Source: Candidatus Omnitrophota bacterium
Lineage (GTDB): Bacteria; Omnitrophota; Gorgyraeia; Gygaellales; Profunditerraquicolaceae
Assembly (NCBI GenBank): GCA_030650425.1
Contig: JAUSED010000009.1
Coordinates: forward strand, 142,846 to 206,845
DNA length: 64,000 nucleotides
Reading direction: 5' to 3'
Below, one piece after another: positions 18,407-26,844 of this stretch; position 1 is the first letter of the stretch, and each line of letters begins with the position of its first letter. A program made the translations under genes and the position numbers. The notes under the pieces were generated by a model. That model searched no databases. It saw only the letters and a list, made by a program, of their open reading frames with translations, and was not told where the DNA came from.

Positions 18407-19510
18407 TTATCTACGGGTTAAAATAACTTGGCTGGGATAAATTGTACCATCTCCAAAACGAGCGTTAATCCTATCTACTGCCTTCACCAAAGCCTCTCTT
18501 CGTTTTTCCTCAACTAATAAAGGAAGGTAGCCTTGCCGGCTTAAACCACTGGCAGTTACTCCCAGAGCCCGGATTTTATGGCCTTTTTTGGACATCCTAG
18601 CCATTATTTTAAGGGATCTCAGGTAGATCTCATAACTATCATTAGTGGCCATAGAGAAGGTTTTTTGGGCCTCAACATTGCCTATCTGTGGGCCATTTAG
18701 CCAAAGGTGAACCGTCTTAGCGGTCAGGCTTTGCTGGCGCAGACGCTCACCAACCATCTCAGATAACAGCCTAATCCAAGCAGTAATAAACTGGGGGTTT
18801 GCAAAAGCCCTTGGTAAGGTATATGAATGGCTTATAGACTTAGGGTACTTTTGAGTTTCCTCGGTTTCCTCAAACTTACCGGGATTTGCATCAAAGAATT
18901 CCGGTAAGTTTAGGTATACGTCCCAACAGGTTTTTAAGCCTTGAGCTCTTAAGCTTTGGCCGGTTTTGCCAGCCATCCCGCAGAGTTTCTCAAGCGGAGC
19001 GCGGCTTAGAATCTCCTTAAAATTACTCTCATCGATTAAAGTTATACCTTTTGGCTTATTAATTTTAGAGGCGAGCTTGGCTAAAAGCCAATTTTTAGCA
19101 ATACCAACCGAAGCAGTGATATTAAAGTTTGCATATATCTGCGCTTGAATTTGGACAGCTAATTGAAGCGGTTCAGAATAATCCTGAAGATCCATCTGGA
19201 ATTCATCCACTGAAGCATAATTCAGGCTGAAGCCGTAACCCTTAAGCAGCTCAAAGATCTGCTCTGAGGTCCAAATATACTTACCTTGGCTAGCCGCCAC
19301 AAATTCCAAATTTGAGCAAATACTAAAAGCTTCCCTTGAAGGCATACCGGAATGAATCCCTAAACGCTTGGCTTCATAACTGGCGGCGCAAACCACGGTA
19401 TGCATTTTATTAGCGCGCGAACCGATAATTAAGGGTTTATCTTTAAGGCGCGGGTTAATCGCCTGTTCAATTGAGGCAAAAAACGCATCCATATCAATAT
19501 GCAGGATCAT
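18407..19510 (-). CDS. dinB: DNA polymerase IV (Y family)
   Basis: ILHIDMDAFFASIEQ, ASYEAK, SVDE, AKLASKINKP, IRALGV. Confidence 0.9.
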   Translation of the reverse strand: MILHIDMDAFFASIEQAINPRLKDKPLIIGSRANKMHTVVCAASYEAKRLGIHSGMPSREAFSICSNLEFVAASQGKYIWTSEQIFELLKGYGFSLNYASVDEFQMDLQDYSEPLQLAVQIQAQIYANFNITASVGIAKNWLLAKLASKINKPKGITLIDESNFKEILSRAPLEKLCGMAGKTGQSLRAQGLKTCWDVYLNLPEFFDANPGKFEETEETQKYPKSISHSYTLPRAFANPQFITAWIRLLSEMVGERLRQQSLTAKTVHLWLNGPQIGNVEAQKTFSMATNDSYEIYLRSLKIMARMSKKGHKIRALGVTASGLSRQGYLPLLVEEKRREALVKAVDRINARFGDGTIYPSQVILTRR

Positions 19511-19531
19511 ACTTAAACGAACCCGAGATTT

Positions 19532-19840
19532 TTATTGGATTATTTTATCAATCTGCCAGCGGAAGGTGGAATTATTAAATGATATTTGATAGAGCTGGCC
19601 GGCGCAAGCTACCGAAAAGTAATTGATTAAGGCCTGGCCAAAGCGTTCCTGCCAGTTATAGGTTATGTTATCGATCTTGTATTCCTTATTATTCCAAAGG
19701 AAAGTTTTAGGATAAATCCTGGCGTGCTTAAAATATGCCAGGACTTCGATACGTTCGGATAGATCATCCGGATTAAAACCGCATTTTTCCGGCTCAAACC
19801 TGTCCCAGCGAGCTTTAGGATTAAAACTATTTTGGTTCAT
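19532..19840 (-). CDS. Hypothetical protein co-transcribed with dinB (Y-polymerase accessory-like)
   Basis: P..F.WN...Y.I..I...WQE...F.V......Y.I.F......W.ID pattern seen in small dinB-linked proteins. Confidence 0.55.
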   Translation of the reverse strand: MNQNSFNPKARWDRFEPEKCGFNPDDLSERIEVLAYFKHARIYPKTFLWNNKEYKIDNITYNWQERFGQALINYFSVACAGQLYQISFNNSTFRWQIDKIIQ

Positions 19841-19858
19841 TTTTACAAAGGCGTCAAC

Positions 19859-20674
19859 TCATCTCCTTAGCTTTCTTACCCCTCGATCATCGGTAAGTAA
19901 TTTCATCTGTTGAATGGCAATTCTATTCAGCTTTAATAATCTTTCTTCCTGATTAAAGTTTTCGCTAATAAATAAGGCGTTTAAATTCTCAAGATTTGAA
20001 AGACACACTAATTGAGATATATCAGCATAATCTCTAATGTTGCCCTTCTTCTCGGAATTTTTATCGCGCCAATCTCCGGCTGTCATACCAAACAAAGCCA
20101 TATTCAAAACATCAGCTTCTGAAGCATAAATATTATTTATTTGCGCTTTTGTAAGCTCATCAGGAATCAAATTTTCTTTTATGGCGTCAGTATGTATACG
20201 ATAGTTAATTTTTGTAAGATTACGCCGAATATCCCAACCAAGCTGTTTTAGTTCCTGATCTTTTAAACGCTGGAATTCCTTAATGAGATAAAGCTTAAAC
20301 TGAGGCGATATCCAAGATGCGAACTCGAAAGCAATATCCTTATGGGCGTAGGTGCCGCCGTTTCGGCCAGATTTAGATATTAATCCAATCGCGCTCGTTG
20401 TCTCTATCCATTTTTGCGGAGATAATACAAAGTAATTTACCCCAGCTTCATTCCTAAACTGGTCGAATTCGACCAGTTTAAAACCGGAATTGTTTAATTT
20501 CTCCCATAGGCCCAAAAATTCAATAGTACTTCTGCTTCGTAACCAATTTTTAACAATGTCAGCAGGCGCATCGCTATTTCTGTATTTGGCGATATCAGTC
20601 AGAGATATGTAACTCTGCTGTTCTCTGGATATTATGGAAATATCTCTACCTTGAACGTATAATATTTCTGCCAT
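19859..20674 (-). CDS. KilA-N domain DNA-binding protein
   Basis: YISLTDIAK, NWLR...TIEFLGLWE, GTYAHKDIAFEFASWISP, KINYRIHTDAIK. Confidence 0.9.
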   Translation of the reverse strand: MAEILYVQGRDISIISREQQSYISLTDIAKYRNSDAPADIVKNWLRSRSTIEFLGLWEKLNNSGFKLVEFDQFRNEAGVNYFVLSPQKWIETTSAIGLISKSGRNGGTYAHKDIAFEFASWISPQFKLYLIKEFQRLKDQELKQLGWDIRRNLTKINYRIHTDAIKENLIPDELTKAQINNIYASEADVLNMALFGMTAGDWRDKNSEKKGNIRDYADISQLVCLSNLENLNALFISENFNQEERLLKLNRIAIQQMKLLTDDRGVRKLRR

Positions 20675-20804
20675 TTTATCTTTAGCTCCTCTTTTAGCTT
20701 TGGCTATCTTTCCTCTTTTTGTACTATTTACCCTTATGTCTACCTTTTCAAGGGAAAATCATGATTACTGCTTAAAAACTGTTCAAATGTTTGGACCCTG
20801 GCAG

Positions 20805-21410
20805 TTAATATTTCCTAATCACCGTCATCAACTTACCAATGATCTTGAATTCTTCAAAAATTGGCGGGTAATTCGGGTTAGCCGCTTCCAAATGATATTT
20901 ATTACTTTTACGCGCCAGCCTTTTTAAGGTAACTTCGTTATTCTCCAAAAGCGCGGCCACAATTTCATTATTCTCGGCATAGGGCTGTTTCTTGATGATC
21001 GCCACATCGCCATCCAGGATCCCGGCATCAATCATACTGTCGCCTTTAACCCTTAAAGCAAAAACATCATCAAAGCCTAAACGGCCCAGAAACAAATTAT
21101 CCACATCGACATAACCCTGGATTTCTTCATAAGCCAGATTCGGCTTACCAGCCATGATCGTACCAATTATAGGAATCTTATTAAAACCAGCGCGTTCAGT
21201 TAACTCAATCGCCCGAGATTTATTATTCATCCGCCTGACCAATCCTTTCTGCTCTAAAGCCTTTAGATAGTCCCTTACTGTACCGGTAGATTTAAACCCC
21301 AGCTCCCCTGCTATTTCCCTAATCGTAGGAGGCAGCCTCTCCCCTATCCGTTTACGGATAAAATTAAGCACTTTTTCCTGCTTTGGAGTCAAAAACGGTT
21401 TATCTCGCAT
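20805..21410 (-). CDS. lexA: LexA repressor
   Basis: LTPKQ..VL.FI, PPTIREI, Ala-Gly cleavage site (IMAG), GDSM, VTLK. Confidence 0.92.
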   Translation of the reverse strand: MRDKPFLTPKQEKVLNFIRKRIGERLPPTIREIAGELGFKSTGTVRDYLKALEQKGLVRRMNNKSRAIELTERAGFNKIPIIGTIMAGKPNLAYEEIQGYVDVDNLFLGRLGFDDVFALRVKGDSMIDAGILDGDVAIIKKQPYAENNEIVAALLENNEVTLKRLARKSNKYHLEAANPNYPPIFEEFKIIGKLMTVIRKY

Positions 21411-21412
21411 AG

Positions 21413-23260
21413 TTATTCCTTTTTCCTTTCAGTATATTCTTTAATAATGGCAATAAATTGCTCAGCATATAACTTAAGCTTATGCTCACCGACTCCGAAA
21501 ACCGTGGCAAAGGCCTCAGATGTAAGCGGCTTGATCATCGACATATCCTTTAATGACCTGTCCCCGAAAATAATATAGGCCGGCACACCCTGCTTCTGAG
21601 CTAATTGGGCCCTCTTTCTACGCAATAACTCAAACAGTGTTCCATCCACCTGCGCCCAATCCTTAGCCTTCTTTTCTCTTTGCTTGGCACTAATCTCTTT
21701 TCTCTTCTTTGCTATTAACGGCTTGGCTAAAATCGGAGTTACCTCGCCGCCTAAAAGCCGCCGGCCGAAATCAGTTAAAGAAAGCGTGGCATATTCTCCA
21801 TCGCGCCTCAAAAAACCCTGGCCAACAAGCTGCTCAATCATAAAACGGATAAATACCAGCGGCTCCTCCGGCATACTCCCAAAACACGCTGCCTGCTGAT
21901 GCCGCCAGCGGCTAATCTGCTCGGTAAGATTCCCCTTTAAAAGATTAGCGATATACCCCGCGCCAAACCCCTGCCCATGCTCAAAGCTTATGCTCTGGAC
22001 GCATCTCAATATCCCCTGTCCGATTTTCAAAGGCTCATCCACCATCTCTACTTCTTGCAGGCAATAATCACAGGCCTGACAGTTCTGGCCGCGGTAATCT
22101 TGATTGAAATAATCCACGATGATCTTATGCCGGCATTGCGGCCGGGCGCAGAAGTTATAGATTGCCTGCAGTTTATCCATCATCACCTCTTTATTCGGTG
22201 ATTGTTTTAAAAAGAAGCTCCAAACGCGAAAATCCCCTCCTCCATAAAACATATAACAATACGCGGACAAACTATCCCTTCCCGCGCGGCCGGTTTCCTG
22301 ATGATAGTGCTCGATGCTCTTAGGCATCGCGGCGTGGATCACAAAACGAATATCCGGCCGGTCTATACCCATGCCAAACGCGACAGTAGCGACAATGATA
22401 TCGACTTCCTCGCGGATAAAACTCTCCTGATTGGCATGACGCTCTCCATCGGAAAGTCCGGCGTGATAAGGAAGATTCTTGAATCCAAGTTCATTAAGCC
22501 GCGCGGAGATATCATCCACATCATCGCGGCGCAAACAATAAATAATCCCGGCTTCCAGCCGGTGCCGTTCTAAAAGCTCGGTAATCTGTGAAATGATATT
22601 TAGGCGCGGCATAACCCGATAAACCAAATTAGGGCGGTCAACTGAAGCAATGTTGATGAATGGATGACCAAGATTTAACTGCCCGAGTATATCCAAACAA
22701 ACCTCTTTAGTAGCTGTGGCGGTAAAAGCATGGATATTGGCCGAAGCGAAATTTTCTTTAATAAAGTTTAAGCCCCGGTAATCTTCCCGGAAATCATGGC
22801 CCCAGTGGCTGATGCAATGCGCCTCATCAATCACAAAAAATGAAAGCGGAACTGACTTTAGTAAACTAACGGTTGGTTCCGCGCGCAGGCGCTCAGGAGA
22901 AATATACAAAAGCTTAATCCGGCTTTGGCGGATACGCGCGGCCACAGCGCGTTGCTCTTCAACCGGCTGGCTGGAATTAAGGCATTCCGCCTCAATTCCC
23001 ATCTCCTTAAGCCCATCCACCTGATCTTTCATTAGAGAAATTAAGGGTGAAATCACTACCGCCATCCCTTCTTTCAGTAAAGCCGGAAGCTGAAAACACA
23101 GAGACTTACCGCCGCCAGTGGGCAATACCGTAAGACTATCCCGCTCATCCAGAATCGCCAAAATAGTATCCTCCTGCCACGGACGGAATCGCGCGTACCC
23201 CCAGTAGCGTTTTAAACAATCGAGCATTTCCCCAGATATATACTTCTTAGTTAGTTCCAT
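21413..23260 (-). CDS. recQ: ATP-dependent DNA helicase RecQ
   Basis: LPTGGGKSLCFQ, IDEAHCISHWGHDFR, QETGRAGRD, Zn/RQC and HRDC domains. Confidence 0.95.
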   Translation of the reverse strand: MELTKKYISGEMLDCLKRYWGYARFRPWQEDTILAILDERDSLTVLPTGGGKSLCFQLPALLKEGMAVVISPLISLMKDQVDGLKEMGIEAECLNSSQPVEEQRAVAARIRQSRIKLLYISPERLRAEPTVSLLKSVPLSFFVIDEAHCISHWGHDFREDYRGLNFIKENFASANIHAFTATATKEVCLDILGQLNLGHPFINIASVDRPNLVYRVMPRLNIISQITELLERHRLEAGIIYCLRRDDVDDISARLNELGFKNLPYHAGLSDGERHANQESFIREEVDIIVATVAFGMGIDRPDIRFVIHAAMPKSIEHYHQETGRAGRDSLSAYCYMFYGGGDFRVWSFFLKQSPNKEVMMDKLQAIYNFCARPQCRHKIIVDYFNQDYRGQNCQACDYCLQEVEMVDEPLKIGQGILRCVQSISFEHGQGFGAGYIANLLKGNLTEQISRWRHQQAACFGSMPEEPLVFIRFMIEQLVGQGFLRRDGEYATLSLTDFGRRLLGGEVTPILAKPLIAKKRKEISAKQREKKAKDWAQVDGTLFELLRRKRAQLAQKQGVPAYIIFGDRSLKDMSMIKPLTSEAFATVFGVGEHKLKLYAEQFIAIIKEYTERKKE

Positions 23261-23277
23261 CTTCTTATTAACTTTGT

Positions 23278-23724
23278 TTATAATGTATTATCGAAATTAT
23301 GCTCGGTCGGTGACAATTTGTCACCGACTCGCTGCCCTCTTTTTTCAATCTTTCTTTCAGCTTGTTCCAGTATTTTCTCGCGGTTTGAAAATCCTTCTGC
23401 CTGGCGAAAACGCGTGGCAATATTAGATTTGACCCGATATCCAACGGAAATAATCATATCCAGATTATAATATAATGTCTTATAAGATTTCCGATCTAAA
23501 GCAGTTGTCAAGAATTCCTTGACAACTGAATCCTTGTCAAGCTCCCCTTCTTCAAAAATATTCTTAATATGAAGACTTACGTTTTGCTTAGTAGTCTGAA
23601 ACAGTTCCGCCATCAACTGCTGAGTCAGCCAGACCGTTTCATTTTGGAAACGAACATCAATTTTAATTTTTCCGTCTTCAGCCTGATAGATTATCAACTC
23701 AGATTTATTTTCTTTATTTTTCAT
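23278..23724 (-). pseudogene. RhuM-family (virulence-protein-like) N-terminal fragment with unrelated tail
   Basis: ETVWLTQ..MAELF, YNLDMIISVGYRV, ATRFRQ, then similarity stops. Confidence 0.65.
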
Positions 23725-23785
23725 TGACTCGCTCCTTTTAAACTTTTACCTTTAGCCCACCTTTACTTTTTAACTTTTATACATT

Positions 23786-23810
23786 ACCACACATTTGTGT
23801 GGTTTGTCAA
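23786..23810 (-). promoter_or_regulatory. Promoter with perfect palindromic operator upstream of the rhuM'-recQ-lexA-dinB unit
   Basis: Minus-strand TTGACA (23805-23810) followed directly by ACCACACA-AA-TGTGTGGT (23786-23803). Confidence 0.6.
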
Positions 23811-23855
23811 GAAAAAAGAGAGATACGAAGTATCGTATCCCCGAATTGGCGCTTT

Positions 23856-24107
23856 TTAAGCTTTTCTTTTTAAATTATCAGGCGAATTAACCGCGGTAAT
23901 ATTTGTTGATTGTATGACATACAGAGGATTGCCTTCGTTATCATACTTACTATCCACCCGAAGCACTTTTGTAGCAACGAGTTTGATTTTGACAACCGTG
24001 CCATCATCTAATAAGTACTGATTCCAGTATTCATTTGTCTGATTAATATCAACTGGCGTAGCTTCCATTTCTTCACCGCCAAAATTAATCTTTACTTTAT
24101 TCGACAT
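23856..24107 (-). CDS. Hypothetical protein
   Basis: 83-aa ORF with RBS AGGAG; EYWN.Y.LDDGT...KLV...R.D.YD.EGNP.Y. Confidence 0.7.
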   Translation of the reverse strand: MSNKVKINFGGEEMEATPVDINQTNEYWNQYLLDDGTVVKIKLVATKVLRVDSKYDNEGNPLYVIQSTNITAVNSPDNLKRKA

Positions 24108-24320
24108 AGGATTCTCCTGTTTTGTAACTGAAAATCACCAATCTTACTTTCAAGAAAAAATAAATTGGGGAATTTAATTTCAAAAGCTACTTCTCTTACG
24201 GAAAGATAGCTTTATTATAGACCATTCCTACAAAAAAGCATCAAAAATTATAGCTTAACAAGCTCTTTTTGCAACTCTCCCCACAGGTTTAGATTACCTC
24301 ATTCTTTAATCAGGGTAATC

Positions 24321-24375
24321 AGGGGGACACTTTCCTTTTAAGAGTTTCTGATAGCCCTGACAGAAAATGTCCCCT
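24321..24375. repeat. REPIN-like element (family D), intergenic
   Basis: GGGGACACTTTCC...GATAGCCCTGA..GAAAATGTCCCCT. Confidence 0.8.
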
Positions 24376-24394
24376 GCCCCGTTGCTGTTGTTGA

Positions 24395-25843
24395 CTAAGC
24401 GCTTTTCAATAATAGAATCACCTGTGAGAGGTCGCGGAAGCCGGATTCGCGGCGGTTGGAGGCGACCGCGGAATTTACATCCCTTACCTTTGCATAGCCG
24501 TAGGTTTTGATTAACCCTATATAAATCTCGATCTTCTCCAAGTCTTTAGGTTCATTAAGCTGGCTGGAGAGTTCACTGGCTTTCTGGGTTATATCCGAGC
24601 CGTATTTATCGTATAGGGCCTGAAGCGAATGTTGAAATTGCTCCTGAGATTGCAAAGGATTGAGGCGGTAGTCGTTGGCTGGGCGATCGTCGAATTCTCC
24701 GGGCTCTTCTGGCCTGTGGCTTTGGCTATCGGAAGGCAAACCACTGCCTTGTGGCTTGTGGCGGTAAACCTCTAAGATATTTTCTTTCTCCAGTTCGGTT
24801 ACGGCGTCGGTAATCGAACGCTCGGAGATGTAATATATCCGGCTTAAGTCCTCGTTACTTCTGAACCAGTAGGGATTATGCTTCGATTTTTGAGCCTCAC
24901 TGAGAGAAACCAGCAACATATATTTTGCCGGGAAGGAGAGTTTTTGGCAGAAACCATACTCCCAGTAAGTATCCGGAATAGTAATCTCTGACTCAGAAGA
25001 TGTGTATACCAGATTAAGGTCTTTGCTCCAAGGTTTATGCTGGATAAGGCCGTATTTTCGGGTTAGTTTGCTTAAGGGCTGAAAGAGATTAAAGTAGTAA
25101 TTTCTAGTGTAACCCAAGGCCTGAGCGAATTCCTGATAGTTAATTTTTATTGTGTTTGAATGCTGATTTTGGGCTTTTTTTGCCAGATATAGATACAGAT
25201 CAAAGGCTTTTTCTGAATGACTGGTGAAAAGATCAAATAAAAGAGGTTTAGGCGGAGAAGTTAGCAGACTAACAGGCAGTTTTAGGCCTTGTGGATGTTC
25301 AGGCTGGATAGGCGGCTGAAGGCTTAGTTCTATATTAGAGATATACTCCAGTAATTTCTTCGCCTGTCGCGGGTTCTCTATGTAAGCGGCGAATTCGTAG
25401 TTATTGTATAAAGAGGCGCGGGACCAGTTAAAGCTGCCAAGGATAGAGATTTTGGAATCAATGACTATGCCTTTAGCGTGGAGCACGGCTTTAGTACTAT
25501 CAATGAATACGTCTATGCCGGCTTGTTGCAGGCGTTTATAGGCATTGTAATTAACTTTGAAGATAGTGTCATCTAAGATGACCTTGACGTAGACGCCTCT
25601 TTTTTTGGCGCTGATCAGATCTTCCAGAAGGATTGAGGCGGGACTATCGGTAGGGGTGGATTCTACATTAATGAGATACATCGCCATGTAGATTGATTCT
25701 TTGGCATTCTGAATGGCCTGACGCGTGCTTTGGAAATAGTCCGGCCCAAGAAGGATGTTAGTTTCGGAGGTAAAGCCGGGGGTGACGGTGAATACGATTG
25801 AAATTATAAGAATTGAGAATAAGATACGGCGCATTTTAATCAA
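24395..25843 (-). CDS. Signal-peptide PLD (single HKD, Nuc-like) domain fused to winged-helix domains
   Basis: LHAKGIVIDSKISILGSFNWS...NYE; C-terminal YQEFAQALG and NEDLSRIYYISERSITDAVTELEKENILEV HTH-like segments. Confidence 0.75.
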   Translation of the reverse strand: MIKMRRILFSILIISIVFTVTPGFTSETNILLGPDYFQSTRQAIQNAKESIYMAMYLINVESTPTDSPASILLEDLISAKKRGVYVKVILDDTIFKVNYNAYKRLQQAGIDVFIDSTKAVLHAKGIVIDSKISILGSFNWSRASLYNNYEFAAYIENPRQAKKLLEYISNIELSLQPPIQPEHPQGLKLPVSLLTSPPKPLLFDLFTSHSEKAFDLYLYLAKKAQNQHSNTIKINYQEFAQALGYTRNYYFNLFQPLSKLTRKYGLIQHKPWSKDLNLVYTSSESEITIPDTYWEYGFCQKLSFPAKYMLLVSLSEAQKSKHNPYWFRSNEDLSRIYYISERSITDAVTELEKENILEVYRHKPQGSGLPSDSQSHRPEEPGEFDDRPANDYRLNPLQSQEQFQHSLQALYDKYGSDITQKASELSSQLNEPKDLEKIEIYIGLIKTYGYAKVRDVNSAVASNRRESGFRDLSQVILLLKSA

Positions 25844-25936
25844 TTGTAGCTTTTTCGCAAATCTATGTCAATAATAATAAGGGCTGGATAGTTAAACCCA
25901 GCCCTTAAGAGAAAAACCCGATTCTCAAACTTTAAA

Positions 25937-26305
25937 CTAACTTCTTGCTGCCTCCTTATAGACCCCGAGCACTTCACCGGTATCCTTATCAACAAATACC
26001 CAGATGTCCGGAAGTGATTCTTTATAATCAAAAAAGACTATCTTGTAATTCTTGAGAAAACCATTTCGCATAATTCCATGATTTGGCGACTTATCTTCGC
26101 CTACCAGATAACCCACTCTCTCGCTCCAGAGTTTTCCACCCTCATCATAAATAACAGCAACATCCTTTAAATCAAAATTATTCGCTTTTACCGCTTCAGT
26201 AGCTATAGCAATAACCTCAGTATTTGTTTTCTCCTCAGCGCAAAGCAAAGATACGGCTGAAAATAAAAACATTACCATTAACGCTACTACTGTGAACCTC
26301 TTCAT
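25937..26305 (-). CDS. Exported hypothetical protein (similar to 4792..5202)
   Basis: Signal peptide; C-terminal IWVFVDKDTGEVL. Confidence 0.7.
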   Translation of the reverse strand: MKRFTVVALMVMFLFSAVSLLCAEEKTNTEVIAIATEAVKANNFDLKDVAVIYDEGGKLWSERVGYLVGEDKSPNHGIMRNGFLKNYKIVFFDYKESLPDIWVFVDKDTGEVLGVYKEAARS

Positions 26306-26364
26306 CTTCTCCCCCTTTCTGATATAAAAACCAAGAACCTTCTCCTACGAGGAACGGCCCTCTG

Positions 26365-26844
26365 TCACCGTGCAGCCATAAGATAACCCCTTGCCCTTTC
26401 AGCCAATTTATAACGCGCAACAATATCCCAGAATGCCTTGCTGTGATTTGGTTCGATTAAATGCGCCATTTCGTGTATTACAACATACTTTCTGACCCAC
26501 TCCGGCATCAGGCCTATTTTATGCGAGATGCGAATCCTGGCGGCGCGATAATTACAGCAACCAAACCTGCTATTCTGCGTAGTGACATACTCTATTGATT
26601 CTAATTTAACCTTATTACCAAAATATTTTTCATTCAACGAACTCGCCAAATCCAAAAGATTCTGTTCTTTATCCAACTCCGCCTTAATCTTTTTTCTTTC
26701 GAATTTTAATTTAAAACCACTTACAATCTTATCCAAACGCTCTTGAGCCAGCATTAAGGGAGCATTAACTAAAAGCAGGTCATTAACTAATCTAGCGCTC
26801 ACTGTTCTGCGGCGCCTCGAACTACGGATTATTTTTACTTCCAT
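26365..26844 (-). CDS. M48/YgjP (DUF45) family metalloprotease-like protein
   Basis: IIRSSRRRRTVS, FGCC, YVVIHEMAHLIEPNHSKAFW. Confidence 0.88.
   Translation of the reverse strand: MEVKIIRSSRRRRTVSARLVNDLLLVNAPLMLAQERLDKIVSGFKLKFERKKIKAELDKEQNLLDLASSLNEKYFGNKVKLESIEYVTTQNSRFGCCNYRAARIRISHKIGLMPEWVRKYVVIHEMAHLIEPNHSKAFWDIVARYKLAERARGYLMAAR

Noticed and set aside
23786-23803. Shared regulator for this palindrome and the TA operator at 8580-8603 (common ACATTTGT core)
   Set aside because: Outer arms differ; an 8-bp match is too weak
23822-23842. GATACGA-AGTA-TCGTATC hairpin as a terminator
   Set aside because: No adjacent U-tract; more likely a remnant of a GGGGA-ended repeat, too short to call
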